Below are positions 29,982-43,443 of a stretch of 64,000 nt of DNA, in pieces. Position 1 is the stretch's first letter. Every line of letters starts with the position of its first letter. The stretch covers positions 107,260,001-107,324,000 of the forward strand of contig OX597823.1 of NCBI GenBank assembly GCA_951406725.2, written 5' to 3'. A program made the translations under genes and the position numbers. Origin of the DNA: Octopus vulgaris. Lineage: Eukaryota. The notes under the pieces are model-generated. The model was not told the DNA's origin. It worked only from the letters and a program-made list of their open reading frames with translations, and ran no database searches.

Positions 29982-30647
29982 TTCTGTGCTGCTCCTTTGT
30001 TGCTGTTGTTGTTTAACCCCGGGTAAGCTAATCAAGTAGAACTATGATCAAAGATAAAACAGCCATGACCATGTTATCCTTTTTAAGAGATCTCTGTGAG
30101 ACTTGAAAGAGATTTGGTAGCTATTTTTGACAGACTGAGTGATCATATACAGGTAGTGGTGTAACAGGAACTTATGTCATCCGTACCGGTTACTGACTTA
30201 ACTCCTACATATCAACACCATATCAAAAGAGTCGCCCTAAAAGATCCACGCTGCGTGGACCAACTCTTCGTCCCGCTTTTTGTACGCTGGTATGTTGAGG
30301 TTTTCCCCTTGGATCACTGCATCGTACAATTAGATACACTTGGTAACATACAGTATTCCTTAAATTCCTTTAAAATGTTTCAGCCCAAAAGCTGCGGCCA
30401 TGCTGGGGCACCACCGTTGAAAAAGATTGTGCCCCGGATGAGTATATTTTTTTTCTTGCCCTCTGGTACATTTATGAGTTTTAAATTCTCTAAATGAAAT
30501 GTTGCTAAGTTCGAATAGCAGGGCCATTTTGGTATCTAGACATTTTATCTGGAAAATTTGGTCCCTAGTTATTTTGGTTTCTCGTTTTTCTAGTGGATGT
30601 GGGGAATGTTCATCTTAGAGCCCGATAACATTGATATCCGGGTATAC

Positions 30648-30861
30648 TCTTTTACTCTTTTACTTGTTTCAGTCATTTGACTGCGGCCATGCTGGAGCAC
30701 CACCTTTAGTCGAGCAAATCGACCCCGGGACTTATTCTTTGTAAGCCCAGTACTTATTCTATCGGTCTCTTTTGCCGAACCGCTAAGTGACGGGGGCCTA
30801 ATCACACCAGCATCGGTTGTCAAGCAATGCTAGGGGGACAAACACAGACACACAAACACAT

Positions 30862-30908
<47 letters not shown>

Positions 30909-31081
30909 TACATATATACGACAGGCTTCTTTCAGTTTCCGTCTACCAAATCCATTCACAAGGCATTGGTCGGCCCGGGGCTATAGCAGAAGACACTTGC
31001 CCAAGGTGCCACGCAGTGGGACTGAACTCGGAACCATGTGGTTGGTTAGCAAGCTACTTACCACACAGCCACTCCTGCGCC
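30648..31081 (-). mobile_element. tRNA-derived SINE family A, full length, with internal CA/TA microsatellite
   Basis: Head ggcgcaggagtggctgtgtggtaag (A box) and gagttcagtccc (B box); tail ...gactgaaacaagtaaaagagtaaaaga. Confidence 0.93.
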
Positions 31082-31243
31082 TATGTTGATGTCTAGTTAT
31101 TTTAGCGTCTAAATATTTCGCTTGAGCATGCATCACTATTTCGAACAATATCATTGGATTTCTGCTAAACAAATAACAATCTCTTTAATATCTATCTGTC
31201 TAACTAGCTAGCTATCTTCATTATATTTTTAGCTATCTTCATT

Positions 31244-31464
31244 CCCTTTTGTTACCAACCCGGCCAAAACCGGCTCTGGCTCTGTAGTATAAATGTCTTG
31301 TTTTCATAAGTTTTGAATTAAAATATTCCACCAAGCCTTAGTCACAATTTATGTTCCAAACACTATCTGAATGATAACTAAGTTATTTTACTAAATTCTT
31401 TGTTATATTTAAAATAATTGAAAGAAACACAGAGCATCTCAAAATAAATACAGTAACAAAAGGG
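31244..31464. mobile_element. piggyBac-like MITE
   Basis: TIRs cccttttgttac / gtaacaaaaggg followed by TTAA on the right; left TTAA not preserved. Confidence 0.75.
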
Positions 31465-31711
31465 TTAACTAACTACTAACATGTCTAGAGACACATTTAT
31501 CAATCTGTCTATGTTTCTGTCTGTTTGTCTACCTATATCTTTATGCATCTGTTTGTCTGCTTGTCTGTCTGTCTGTCCTCTTATCTGTTTGTCTACCTGT
31601 CTATTAGTTTATCCGTCTGTCTATCTAGTAATCAATTTATCTAGAGTAATAGCTAGTTGTTAAACTGCTTGTTTTAATTCTTGCATATCTATCTATTTAT
31701 ATCTGTTGCTC

Positions 31712-31742
<31 letters not shown>

Positions 31743-31761
31743 ATCTCTCTATCTCTCTCTG

Positions 31762-31841
<80 letters not shown>

Positions 31842-32079
31842 CATCTATGTACTTCCCCAACACAATCAACTTATTTTTACGTGTTTCTACTTCTTAAATC
31901 TCCTTTTTTCCTCTTACTTTACTTTTAGATCGTTTTTTTCCCATACATACATGCATATAGACCCACACATACAAAGTTATGAGTATATATATATGCTTGT
32001 ATGTATGTATATACATATGCATATATATATATATGTGTGTGCGTAGTATGTATGTATTTATGTGTGTATGTCTGTATGT

Positions 32080-32111
<32 letters not shown>

Positions 32112-32235
32112 GTATGTATGTGTGTGTATGTATGTATATATGCATACATACATCACGTGCATGTATATGTATCAAATGTATCTATATAGTTAAACACAAT
32201 TACTAACAGGTACACATTTATAGATTTTAACTCAA

Positions 32236-32423
<188 letters not shown>

Positions 32424-32511
32424 AAAAGTTTCAAATGGTTGGGGAAAAAATTATCGGGGCAGAAATAACAACAATAATCATTTCTTTCTCTGTGTGTGTG
32501 TATGTGTGTGT

Positions 32512-32555
<44 letters not shown>

Positions 32556-32843
32556 GCGTAGTCCGAGAACATACTTTATATAGATATAAACTAAGAGAGT
32601 GAGATAGAAAGAGAAAGAGAGAAATAAGAGCAAAGAAAAGAGCGTGTGATCAATGAAGGAGATTTACTGAAGTGTTGCAAATACAAAGGATTGTCCAATT
32701 CTGGGACACGCTCTATTTGTCAAGACATTTCACCAATTAAACACCATCACTGTGAAAAAATCAGTCACTGAGAAAGTTTTCTTTTGATTATTATTCCCTT
32801 TTTCTTCTTTTATTTTAAAAGATCCTGATAAAATATAGAACCT

Positions 32844-32900
<57 letters not shown>

Positions 32901-32945
32901 GTGTGTGTGTTGTGTGTGTTTATATGTGTATGCATGTATGTATCC

Positions 32946-32979
<34 letters not shown>

Positions 32980-33560
32980 GTCTATATCCATATATATGTT
33001 TGTGTGTATGTGTGTATGTATTTGTGTATATGTGTTACATATATATAAATAAATGCACGAACACACACACACATTTATATACATACATACATAATACATA
33101 CATACATACATACATACATACATACATACATACATACATACATACATACATACATACATACATACATACATACATACATACATACATACATACAAGTATG
33201 CAGGCCTAAAACTCGTGGACTGAAAGTGAGAACGCCTTCTCTGAAGGAAACTCTAAGATGGACAAGGGACTAATCAGATCGCTCCTGCTTATTCTGCTCA
33301 CAGAAATCTAATAACTGTGATGTAAATGTTGTTTTACACAGCGAGGTTAAAATTGTATGCTTATAAAAAAATTATACCATGCATTGTATTTAATATTATT
33401 CCAAAGATTCGGTATAATGAATAATGAATTATGAATTAATTTGTTATGAATATGGATAAAGATGATGTACTAATTAGATGATCTTTTCCCTGCTAAACAT
33501 TCAAAACTTCACTTAGTAATACACACACACACACATTTTATACACGTTTGTATGTATATA

Positions 33561-34399
33561 CTAGTTACATTCCAGAAGGATTGATACTTTCTTAGGAGAG
33601 AGAGTTATAACTGTTCTATATTATTGTAATTTTAAAATATCATTACTTTATATCTAATAAGTCGATCTGCTCATTTTTGTTATTCAAGATTGAAGGAGAC
33701 AGAGGTAACACCATCTTAAACACATCCTACTAAACACTGTTTGTCACAGCGGATTAATTAGCAGAATGCAATCGGGATGTGAAGACAATCTGGAAGCTCG
33801 CTATGCAATAAACTTCTGTGTCAAATTAGGCAAAAACGCTACAGAAACGTACGAAATGCTCCAGACTACTTATTGTTTAACTTATTCATACGACCTGAGC
33901 ATGTTTTTCACGTGCACAAAAGGCCAGGCAAAGCAAGTCCACCGGGAAACTCATGATGATCACCTTTTCCGACAGCAAGGACATCATTTACATCTACTGG
34001 AGTCCCTCTGGTCAGAAGGTCAAGAAAGATTACTTTTTGGCGGTTTTGAGGGTGTTCATGAAGAGATTTCTTCACAGAAGAGCACCAGATTAATATACCC
34101 GTCCACAATTCCATCCTGGTAACCAACTACTTGACAGAGACAGTCGGCAAAACTCTCCTTCATCCTCCCTACGGTCCAGATCTGAATTCCTGTGACGTTT
34201 GGTTGTTCTCAAAATGAGATGAAGGTGATTGTGACAAGGGTCCTGGATACCTTCACTTTGGAGGACTTCTGTGGGACCTACAAGAGGTGGCCAGAGCGCT
34301 ACAACAGGTGCGCTTAAGTCAGACGAGATTAGAGTTTTTTGCTTCTTTGATATTAATGTCTCCACTGAAAAAGTCTCAAAACGTCTAAAATGCACCTTG
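33561..34399 (+). mobile_element. Internally deleted mariner element
   Basis: RYAINFCVKLGKNATETYEMLQ (HTH), SKSTGKLMM, HPPYGPDLNSCDVWLFSK (YSPDL motif); degenerate ~30-bp TIRs with TA flanks. Confidence 0.9.
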
Positions 34400-34624
34400 T
34401 ACGTATATATGTTGGTATATTCTGATTATATATATTTCAATTTCTCATCAATAGTGAAAAAGCTGTTATCTAACCGAGACACAAGGCTCTTTAATTGAAA
34501 TTACCATAATATAAACAGGTAGCCGTGTGTGCATGTATGTATTCATGAATGTATGTATGTATCTATTCATATATTTATGCGTGTGTGTATGTGTGTGTGT
34601 GTGTTTGTGTGTGTATGTGTGTTT

Positions 34625-34668
<44 letters not shown>

Positions 34669-35427
34669 TGGTATAAGCATTATTATTACATTACTGCTAG
34701 TGCTCTTGAAAGCTCCATGAGTACTTCACAACTTCATCTACCAGTTGTTACAAACATATTGCAAAAAAAGTGTGTCGGTTCTACCATAGAGGTGATTACC
34801 GTAAAATTTTAGGTTCATGATTTAACTCTATCATGGTAGCCTTGTATTTAGTAGAAGCAGGCATGCAATCATGAGATCCCGTCTTCGATTTGCGTGAATT
34901 CTTGTGTATGTGATTTTACTATACCTTATGATGGAGCTAAATCCTATGAGTGAAATTAGGGAGACGGAAACTATGTAAGTAGATGAGATGGAATTCATCT
35001 ACAATTCAAAAAGGACTATTTATAGGAGCCGAGCATCTGTTACGCTTGTTGTCTAAAGACTACGTCATAGGATCACGAGTCTGTGGAAAACTGAAACACT
35101 TCCACTTTAAATCAATGAGAAGGGGAGCTTCATGGATCGGACAGCTGCAACACTTATTATCAATATGGAAGACCCAATGTATATCTAAAGTTAGTATATT
35201 ACTGGAGTCAGCATACTTAATTTATTCTTCTGAAGACAAATACGAAAGTAAAAACGTTCTAAGTTGCCTTCTCGCCCAGACAAATTTTTTCTGTCCTCTC
35301 TAAGTAGAAGGCCTGAAATTTTGGTAGAGTTGGGCAAGTCGATAACATCGAATACAATTCTCGAATAGTCATTATTCTATTGACCGCGTGAGGCTGAAAA
35401 GCAAAGTCGACCATAGCGGAATGTGAA

Positions 35428-35835
35428 CTCAGAATGTTAAGTTGCTTAACCCTACTGACGTTGAAAATATACATGCATGCATACATGCATACATACATAC
35501 ATACATACATACATACATACATACATACATACATACATACATACTTGCATAAATACATGCATACATACATACATGCATACATACATACATACATACTTGC
35601 ATAAATACATGCATACATACATACATACATACATACATACATACACACACACACACTCTCAGAATGTTAAGTTGCTTAACCCTACTGACGTTGAAAATAT
35701 ACATGCATGCATACATGCATACATACATACTTGCATACATACATACATACATACACACATACACACATACATACGTACATACATACATACATACATGCAT
35801 ACATGCATACATACATACATACATACATACATACA

Positions 35836-35867
<32 letters not shown>

Positions 35868-35905
35868 CACACACACACGCATGCACACACACACACACAC
35901 ACACG
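35428..35905. repeat. (TACA)n array containing a tandem duplication of a ~45-bp unique segment
   Basis: ctcagaatgttaagttgcttaaccctactgacgttgaaaatatac at 35428 and 35658. Confidence 0.92.
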
Positions 35906-36829
35906 CAAAATAAAAGCAAAAAATATAGTCATGTTAAATCAACTCAATGCATCAGCACTGTTGATAATTTCTCCATGTGTCATATGAAAATATATTCACC
36001 TGAAGAAAATATTCTTTGTCATCGTTTTTTCGCAGTCATATCTCTAGCATATTATCTATAGCCATTTAGAAGTCAATGAAAACAGTTTCTTGTACATATA
36101 CATATGATGATCGCTTTCCTATTAGCAGTTTCTGTTGCCTCAACATACCATGTCATACCCCAGGCCAATGAAGAAGAATTTATACGGTCGCTCGACATAC
36201 TGAAAATAGCAACCAAATCATACTTTCATTTTGCCTTACTGTCTTTGACCAAGAAGTCTCGCATTAAATAGTATGGTTCTACTTACTCTTAAAAAGACGC
36301 GATAGTCACCACTGAAATGGCTTTGAACATATAATTGAAATCAAACTCCTTTAAACAACAGCAATAGCAGCAAAATCAGTAGCACCTACAGCTACAACAA
36401 CAACAACAACAACTATACTCGACCAACTGCTGTTTATGTGTTGGAATTTCTACGTTGCAAGAAAGTGGATACATTGAATTTTTCACCTTGGATGAGATTT
36501 TACTTATTTATTTAATTTTATATTATAAATGTTATTTAAGTAGGTTGTCAAGTTGATAATGGCTTGAGCAAACAAAAGGTCAGTGGTTTGCGTCCTGTCA
36601 CCGATGGCGCGTTGTATCAATAACCATGTGTCATGGTTTCAATAACGCAGGCTACCTTGTAAGTAGGTACTATGTTATCAAACAGCAGTAGCACTGTGAA
36701 AGTGACGACTGTTTCATTGAGTGATTTCAGATTTTTTTTTTTTCTGTGGTTCAAACATGTTGATTCAGCGTATCTCATTTATATGATAAAACGATGTGTT
36801 AAAATATTGTCTGACTCCGAGCCTCAATA

Positions 36830-37100
36830 AGAGTGCATATTCTAAACTCTGGTACATCGTCCATGAAAGTCTTTGACATCAGCAGACCTTTTGACTGTAC
36901 CTTGAAGAACTTCATGTCCGAGTTGTCTGTATATCTGTCTCTTATCTTTTGGATGAGAATTCCAGCTACTGCATCACTGGAGCGAGTACTGACAGGTTTG
37001 CCTTCTCCTATAACTAATCAGTCGTACATATTTGATAGTATACGTGACCGCCTTAAAATTCAACACTTTCTATCAGACTTTACGTTTCTAAACATCCATC
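36830..37100 (+). mobile_element. Decayed LINE RT remnant
   Basis: KVFDISRPFD..KNFMSEL resembles LDISKAFD..LLSKL. Confidence 0.45.
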
Positions 37101-37119
37101 AAGGGATTCATTTAACACT

Positions 37120-37308
37120 GCAATGACACGTGGAACAAGCTGCCAGACGAGATGGTGAAGATGCCGACGACCGCTTTGTTCAAAGTCTCCCTTGACCTCA
37201 AGTGGCCTGAACTCTTTACATGAACACTACCCTGTACATAACTCCATGTCCCCCTACATGGCCTTGCTTTTTGCTTTTTGAGCCAAAAAATTAACTAACT
37301 AACTAACC
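37120..37308 (+). mobile_element. CR1-group LINE 3' end with (TAAC)n tail
   Basis: TWNKLPDEMVKMPTTALFKVSLD..* (WN.LP..V....FK..LD motif), short UTR, ttaactaactaactaac tail. Confidence 0.85.
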
Positions 37309-37424
37309 ACGACACATACCACACAAATTGTCTTGCTATACATTTCCTTCACTTATAAACAATTAAAATCTTCAAAGAAATGTGTGTGCGTAGAAAACAT
37401 ATATCCGGAGAAGCACACTCTAAG

Positions 37425-40370
37425 ATGTAGAGTAATATTTCTTTTCTTTTTACTGGGGAAGGTCGGTTTCTGGGATTACCGTGGGTTTCCCGTCCATAAA
37501 GAGTTTAACTTTATGGCATATCGTCAGACCCCAGAAACCTGTTGGCCTAAGACCTCTTCGAAATATGGAGGAGAAGGGCATCGTTGCGAATGTAAACAAG
37601 GAGATTATCTCCCTTCGCCATTGGCGCGTGATGTCGGTGCTGCACCTGTTACTGTTGCAGCTGTTGTTGTTGCTGCTGTTGATGCTGGAGCTGAGGCTGC
37701 TGGTGTTGGTGCCCCTGGAGGTGGTGGCGGCGTCGGTATTGTTATCGCCTCTGTGTGTGTTGCCGATGCTGCACCTGTTGTTACTGTTGCTGCTGATGTT
37801 GCTGTTGCTGTTGTTGTTGCCGCTGCTATCGTCGATATTGCTGTTGTTGGAGTCGGGGCTGCTGGTGTTGGTGTTGGCGATGGTGGGGCGGGGGTGGATG
37901 GCTTGGCATTGGTAACGCTATCGTCGCTGCCGGTTATGGAGAAGGCGCTGTTGTCATTAATGTTGTAGTTATTATTATTGTTATTACTATTATTATTGCG
38001 GTCATCACCGATGGTGGGGGAGTTGCCGCTGCTGCTAGAGGTGCCCTCAGCCGTGTTTATGCTACTGCTTCTGCTGGGGCCGCTGCCGCTGTCGTTGGCG
38101 TTGCTACCGTTACAGTTGGTGATGGCACTGGACCTGTTTCTGCTGTTACTATAGGGGCTGTCAGGTCTGCTAGCGTGCACGTTGACAGGTCTGCTACTGT
38201 GGACGTCAGGAAAGCTACTAGTAAGGCTGGTGTTGATGGTGATGTTGCTGTTGTTGATGTTAGTGATGGTGCTGTCGGGAGTGTTGACAGTGCTGGTATT
38301 GTTGACGTTGCTAATGCTGTCCACTGCGATGGCGGTGGCGGTGTTGTTGACTCTGTTCTTGTGTCTACGGCTGCTATTGCTTCTGTCGGTGGTATTGGTA
38401 GGGTTCGCTAGTACTTCGACTTGGTTTCGCATCGACCTCCTACAAGGCAACTGCTGCGGTTCTTACATGAACAATCTGCTTCTTCCTTTGGCTTAGGGGT
38501 GCTAACTAGGATGCTTTTAATATTGGGGGCATAGCTAAACGAGATCCTAACGTTGTGTCTGTTGAAAATAGGCCAGTACCTATGGTAGCTAGGGAAGTGC
38601 TTATCTATTGATTTAAAGAATAGTCTACCTATGGGCGTTATTGTGTTAAGGGAGAAGGGGGGCAAACCAAATTGTATTTCTGCGACACTTCCTTCTGTGA
38701 CTGTTGGGTTCTGGCATATAGAGATGCGGTCCCTAAACCCGCTGGCAGCTAGGGCCTCATCATAGTACGGGGTCGCTGCGTCAAAGGCTTCTTGGTTAGA
38801 GGAAAGGTTGAAAATCCTCTTACTAACACCCTTTACCAGGTTCTTGAACACGATGGGTGGGTGTCAGGAGGCTGTGTTGACGTACATATATCACGTTTGG
38901 TTTGCGGTAAGGCCTGTAAATATCGGGGCCCAAGTCGAGCGTGACGTCGAAGTAGTCCGCTGTTAAGAGGTTAGTCTCTATGGTGATCTTCAGTCCCATG
39001 GAAGCAAGCGTGCTGATTAAGTTTTTCCTGATCCTATCTAGTGTATGGTCGCTTGCTCCCATTGGAGATAGCCAGGGCATCATCTCTGCAGAGGCCTAAA
39101 AGGACAGAGGGGAACTTTTTCCTAAGGGTATCTATGATATACAACCCTATGATGTTGCATACGTCAGCGCTGTCGTAGGCGCCCATCGCTACGTCAAAGG
39201 AGCCCTTGGGATCGGATTGCTTGACCCATGCCGAACATTTGTTGAACAGCACTGTCTTTCTGGCATGCATAATAATTTCTGTATTTCTGCTGCTAATGCA
39301 TGCTAGTGAAGCCCCTAGCGAAAGAAAGCGCTTTGGTCAGTAGCCCTTTTGATATAGACGGGTAAAATTCGACTATATCAAATTGGGTGAACTTTGCTCT
39401 GCCTCTTCCCTTGCTGGTGTTAAACCATGCGGTCACTTCGCTGGTACTGCGCCACAAGGAAAGGTTGGTGGCCCTCTTTATGGTGTTATTGATATCTCTC
39501 AGTATGTGTTTACTCGCCGATTTCGAACTTGGCCGGATTGATCGGGGTTAGAGGCAAAGTTCGGTTTATGATCTGTTACGGTGATGAAAACGTTTCTTTT
39601 AGCTAGGATCTCTGCCCTCTCAGCTATCTCCAGTTCATTAGCAAAGCTTTTGGCTTCACTGTTGATGTCGCTATATGTATACTTTTTGTGTAGTTATTTT
39701 CTAGTAGTCTATCGATTTCTAAGGTGTCTAACCTGTATAAATTCTTCGTCTTATCATAGAAGGTTAGAGACCAATCTAAGTTATTTAATAATCTAATATC
39801 GGCCCGGAGTTTACGTTAGAAGGAGGAAGAGGACTTACAAAAATTTTCGGACGGTGGCACAACCGAAGTCGATAGCCAATAGCAAAGGGAGATAATCCCA
39901 TTTTGTATACCTTCGTAGCTTTTTAGAGACCGCAAGATGATGGCTCAGCCGGTAGTCGATAGGCGATGGCCAATGGCAAAGGGAGATAATACCCTAGTAA
40001 CGAGGCCTTTTCCCCTCCATATTTTGAAGAGGTCTTAGGCCAACAGGCTTTTGGGATCTGACGATACACCATAAAGTTAAACCCTCTATGGATGGGAAAC
40101 CAGGGTAATCCCATAAACCGGCCTTCCCCAGTAATATATATTCTCTCCTTGTTTCTCTCTTTTTTCTCTCCTTTTTTTCTCTCCTTTTTTCTCTCCTTTT
40201 TTCTCTCCTTGTTTCTCTCCTTGTTTTTTTCTGTGTCCCTTTCTGTAGAAGGGCGTAGGCTCGAAACGTAAAGGACTTTTTCTATTCCTGAGCGTTATAC
40301 TAATATATCTGTTTGTTTTGTACACCACCTGTCTTCGTCTTTTTTTTTTCGTAACCCCCCCCCCAATATA
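37425..40370 (-). mobile_element. Penelope-like element (Naiad-like RT) with inverted pseudo-LTR
   Basis: Minus-strand RT ~39860-38408: DKTKNLY, TDHKPNF, FDIVEFYPSI, FDVAMGAYDSADVC, CRDD, FDVTLDL..YRPYRKPN, PPFS, FNRHNVRISFS, CSC..C..C; ~170-bp inverted repeats ~37451-37625 / ~39968-40132. Confidence 0.92.
40235..40276 (+). ncRNA. Degenerate minimal hammerhead-like motif in Penelope pseudo-LTR
   Basis: gtccctt...tagaagg-gcgtaggctc-GAAA-C-GTA-aaggac: stem I and the GAAAC/GUA half are present, but the CUGANGA half is mutated. Confidence 0.5.
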
Positions 40371-41147
40371 TATATACTAGACTACTTCTCTTGAGCCAGG
40401 ATATTACGATACTCATGCTAGAGGATGATTTGCATTACAACTCAGCATCACTTTAGTGACCGTGCAAATAACAATGGTTATCTTAAAATGAATCGATATA
40501 CAATGTTTGTAAATACTATGTTTCGCCGAGTATACGGTATGCTGGATTAAGAGCTGGTGATGAGTCTATGATTTATATCTCTCTCCCATTGCTGCCCTTT
40601 ATTCATGGCAAATCGTTGAACTATGGATAGAGCGATCCATCAACTTATCTATAAATGGCTAACTTAAAATGCTTGCGACTCATAAAGTAGAATGAGATCT
40701 TTAAATCAATGAGAAATTCATGAACATATAGTACCAAGTTCATCCTCAAGTATAGGTAGGGGGTAGGCACAGATAAGCAACTCCAGTGTACTTTTCTCGA
40801 GAGACCGCGGTATCGGAGTGATGACGTGTATATTAACCTAACTACCCACGACATCTTTGACGGAATATATGATGTTGATGAAGAGGAACAGCAACAATGA
40901 CAGTAACATTCGTTTGGACCGGAAAGTCTGGTTAATTCTCTCGGGAAACATCGATAATAACTTTAACTCTATTAATTTGTCAGTGTATATATTAAATAGA
41001 GTGCAATTATTCCGAGATATATTTCAATATATGACGTTCATGATGGTCATTTATTAGTCTTTATATACACATGCGTGAGTATGTATGTGTCTTGGGAGTG
41101 AGGAGGGAGAACCGTGTCTATGGATGTATTTGAAATGTTTGTGTGTG

Positions 41148-41418
41148 ACTGTGTGTTAAAAAGTTTGCTTCCCAACAGCTAAGTTTTGGGTTCAGTCCCA
41201 CTGCTTGGCACCTGGGGCAAGAGTCTTTTAATATAGCCTCGCGCCGACCAAAGCCTTGAAAGTGGATTTAGTAGACGGAAACTGAAAGAATCCCGTTTTA
41301 TAGACATGTGTGTGTGTGTGTGTTCACCGCCACTTGACAGCTGGTGTTGGAGTGTTTACATCCTCGTAACTTAGCAGTTCGGCAAGACAGACAGACAGAT
41401 TAAGTACCAGGTTAAAAG

Positions 41419-41420
<2 letters not shown>
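41148..41420 (+). mobile_element. tRNA-derived SINE family A (diverged), followed by (GAA)n 41423-41500
   Basis: Homology to 30648-31081. Confidence 0.88.
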
Positions 41421-41451
<31 letters not shown>

Positions 41452-41468
41452 AAGAAGAAGAAGAAGAA

Positions 41469-41500
<32 letters not shown>

Positions 41501-43377
41501 ATGTGTGTTCTTTACGTTGCTGTTTAGGTGTATGTTTTATATTTAAAAATTGAAGCATGTACATACGTGTACAAATCATAATTTGTTGTTACTAGTGATT
41601 ACTACTGTATTAATTTGCTGTTAATGTAACAAACTGTGTAACTGCAAGTGAAGAAATACATACGAGTAAATTAGACGTGAGCAGAAGTTTAAGCAGTTGA
41701 CTGATAAAAGAGTAAATAGCCGGAAGAGAAATAAGATGATGAGAGTATCTGGTATTAGTTGAGGATGATGGTGCTGGATTCGAACGAATATCCAGTTGAT
41801 TAAAAGTCGTTACAACTTGCACGATATATTGCAGTCATTTATTTTGTATTGTTGCTTGTCTTTGACGTTCCTAACTGGTCGTTGACAAATTTCGCCAAAG
41901 CCGAATGAAGTAGATTTCTAAGGATATTTCAATAAAACTACAACTCCTTGTTTCCTTTACACCACATCACATTTTTCTATTCTGCTCCATTCCCTGACAC
42001 ACCGCTTCACGCCTTTTCCACTCTGCATATTACTCCACACATCTCCACTCTCCTGACTGTAAGAAAATTCCATGTTGACGGCAAATCAAATTTCGTTTTT
42101 AAAAGTCTTCTTCGCACGAAGAGGGTTAATAGTTTTCTCATATGTCGCTATGTACCACGGTATCAATATTTCGTCTTCCACATATCTACCCGCTCAACAG
42201 TTTCTCTACCCTACCGCCAGCCTATCAACTACATCTTCATTCGTCAGCAAAGCTTTACGCATCCTGTCACTAAAAATTTTTTTAAATCACTGTCACAGTC
42301 CAACCAACATCTAATGTTATTTTACTACCACAGATGTCACTATCATAGTCCTTCGCCACTGCTGCATAAACTATTCAATTACCATTCAACAACATGAGAC
42401 AATCCACCCACCCCCCGACCACGAACAATTTTATCCCTATCACCACCATAACCATCACTACTACCACCGTAGCTACTACAACGTTGGCAAGTATGATAGG
42501 TGAATACTGATAACTATGGTATAATATCAAGAGTGATACCGCCATCACCATCCCATTTAAATTATCTGTCCCAACCCAGACTGCCAGCAAGCTAGAGACT
42601 CATCCATCAATACCAGCCAGGCTATTGCTTCGTGAAGCTCCCACCCATCCACACCAACCATTATACCCCACCAGCTTCCACTACTATTACTACATCATGA
42701 TTTTCAACCTTCTAAATTGAGTTTTAAGTCATTAGCTTACGCCCCCTTGACTTCGGCTATTTAACATTCTGTCTTTACCACCCTTTGGGGCTTAAAAACC
42801 GACGTCATTCGAATGAGTGTCGCGAAGCGCTCATTTATTTGGCAATGAAATTTAATGATGGCTCCAACCCCAAAGCTCCATCCCTACCCTGAAATACTAA
42901 TGTTTCAACATCACCACAAACATCACAAGTAGTGTGTCCTTTTGTTTGGTATTTGTTATAATTCGTTTGTTTCTTTCTTAAAACCAACAATTCTGTGGCT
43001 TTTTATTCAATTTTTATTCATTTCTTTTATTTGCCTTCTTTTTTTTTTTTGAAATTCAAAAACCATTTTGTATATTTATTTCTAGCTTAGTTTAGTTTCA
43101 TTTGTGACCGAGATTCAAGTGTTGGTCAGGTTCATACACATTTTATTTCATTTAATTATTCCTTTGTTCGTGTCCCTGCTGCTGCTACTGCTACTGCTGC
43201 TGCTGCAGTCATCGTCATCGTTGTTGTTTTGTCACTGGTGTTAGTGTTTTTTTTTGTTTTAGTAGTTTTGTCATCGTCGTTATCTTTGTCCTCACGTATT
43301 ATTTTAAAATGAACTTATCAAATAGCGTGAAAATGTCTCCGCCATTTTATAGCACTGTTTTACTACTTAAATTCCTA

Positions 43378-43443
<66 letters not shown>

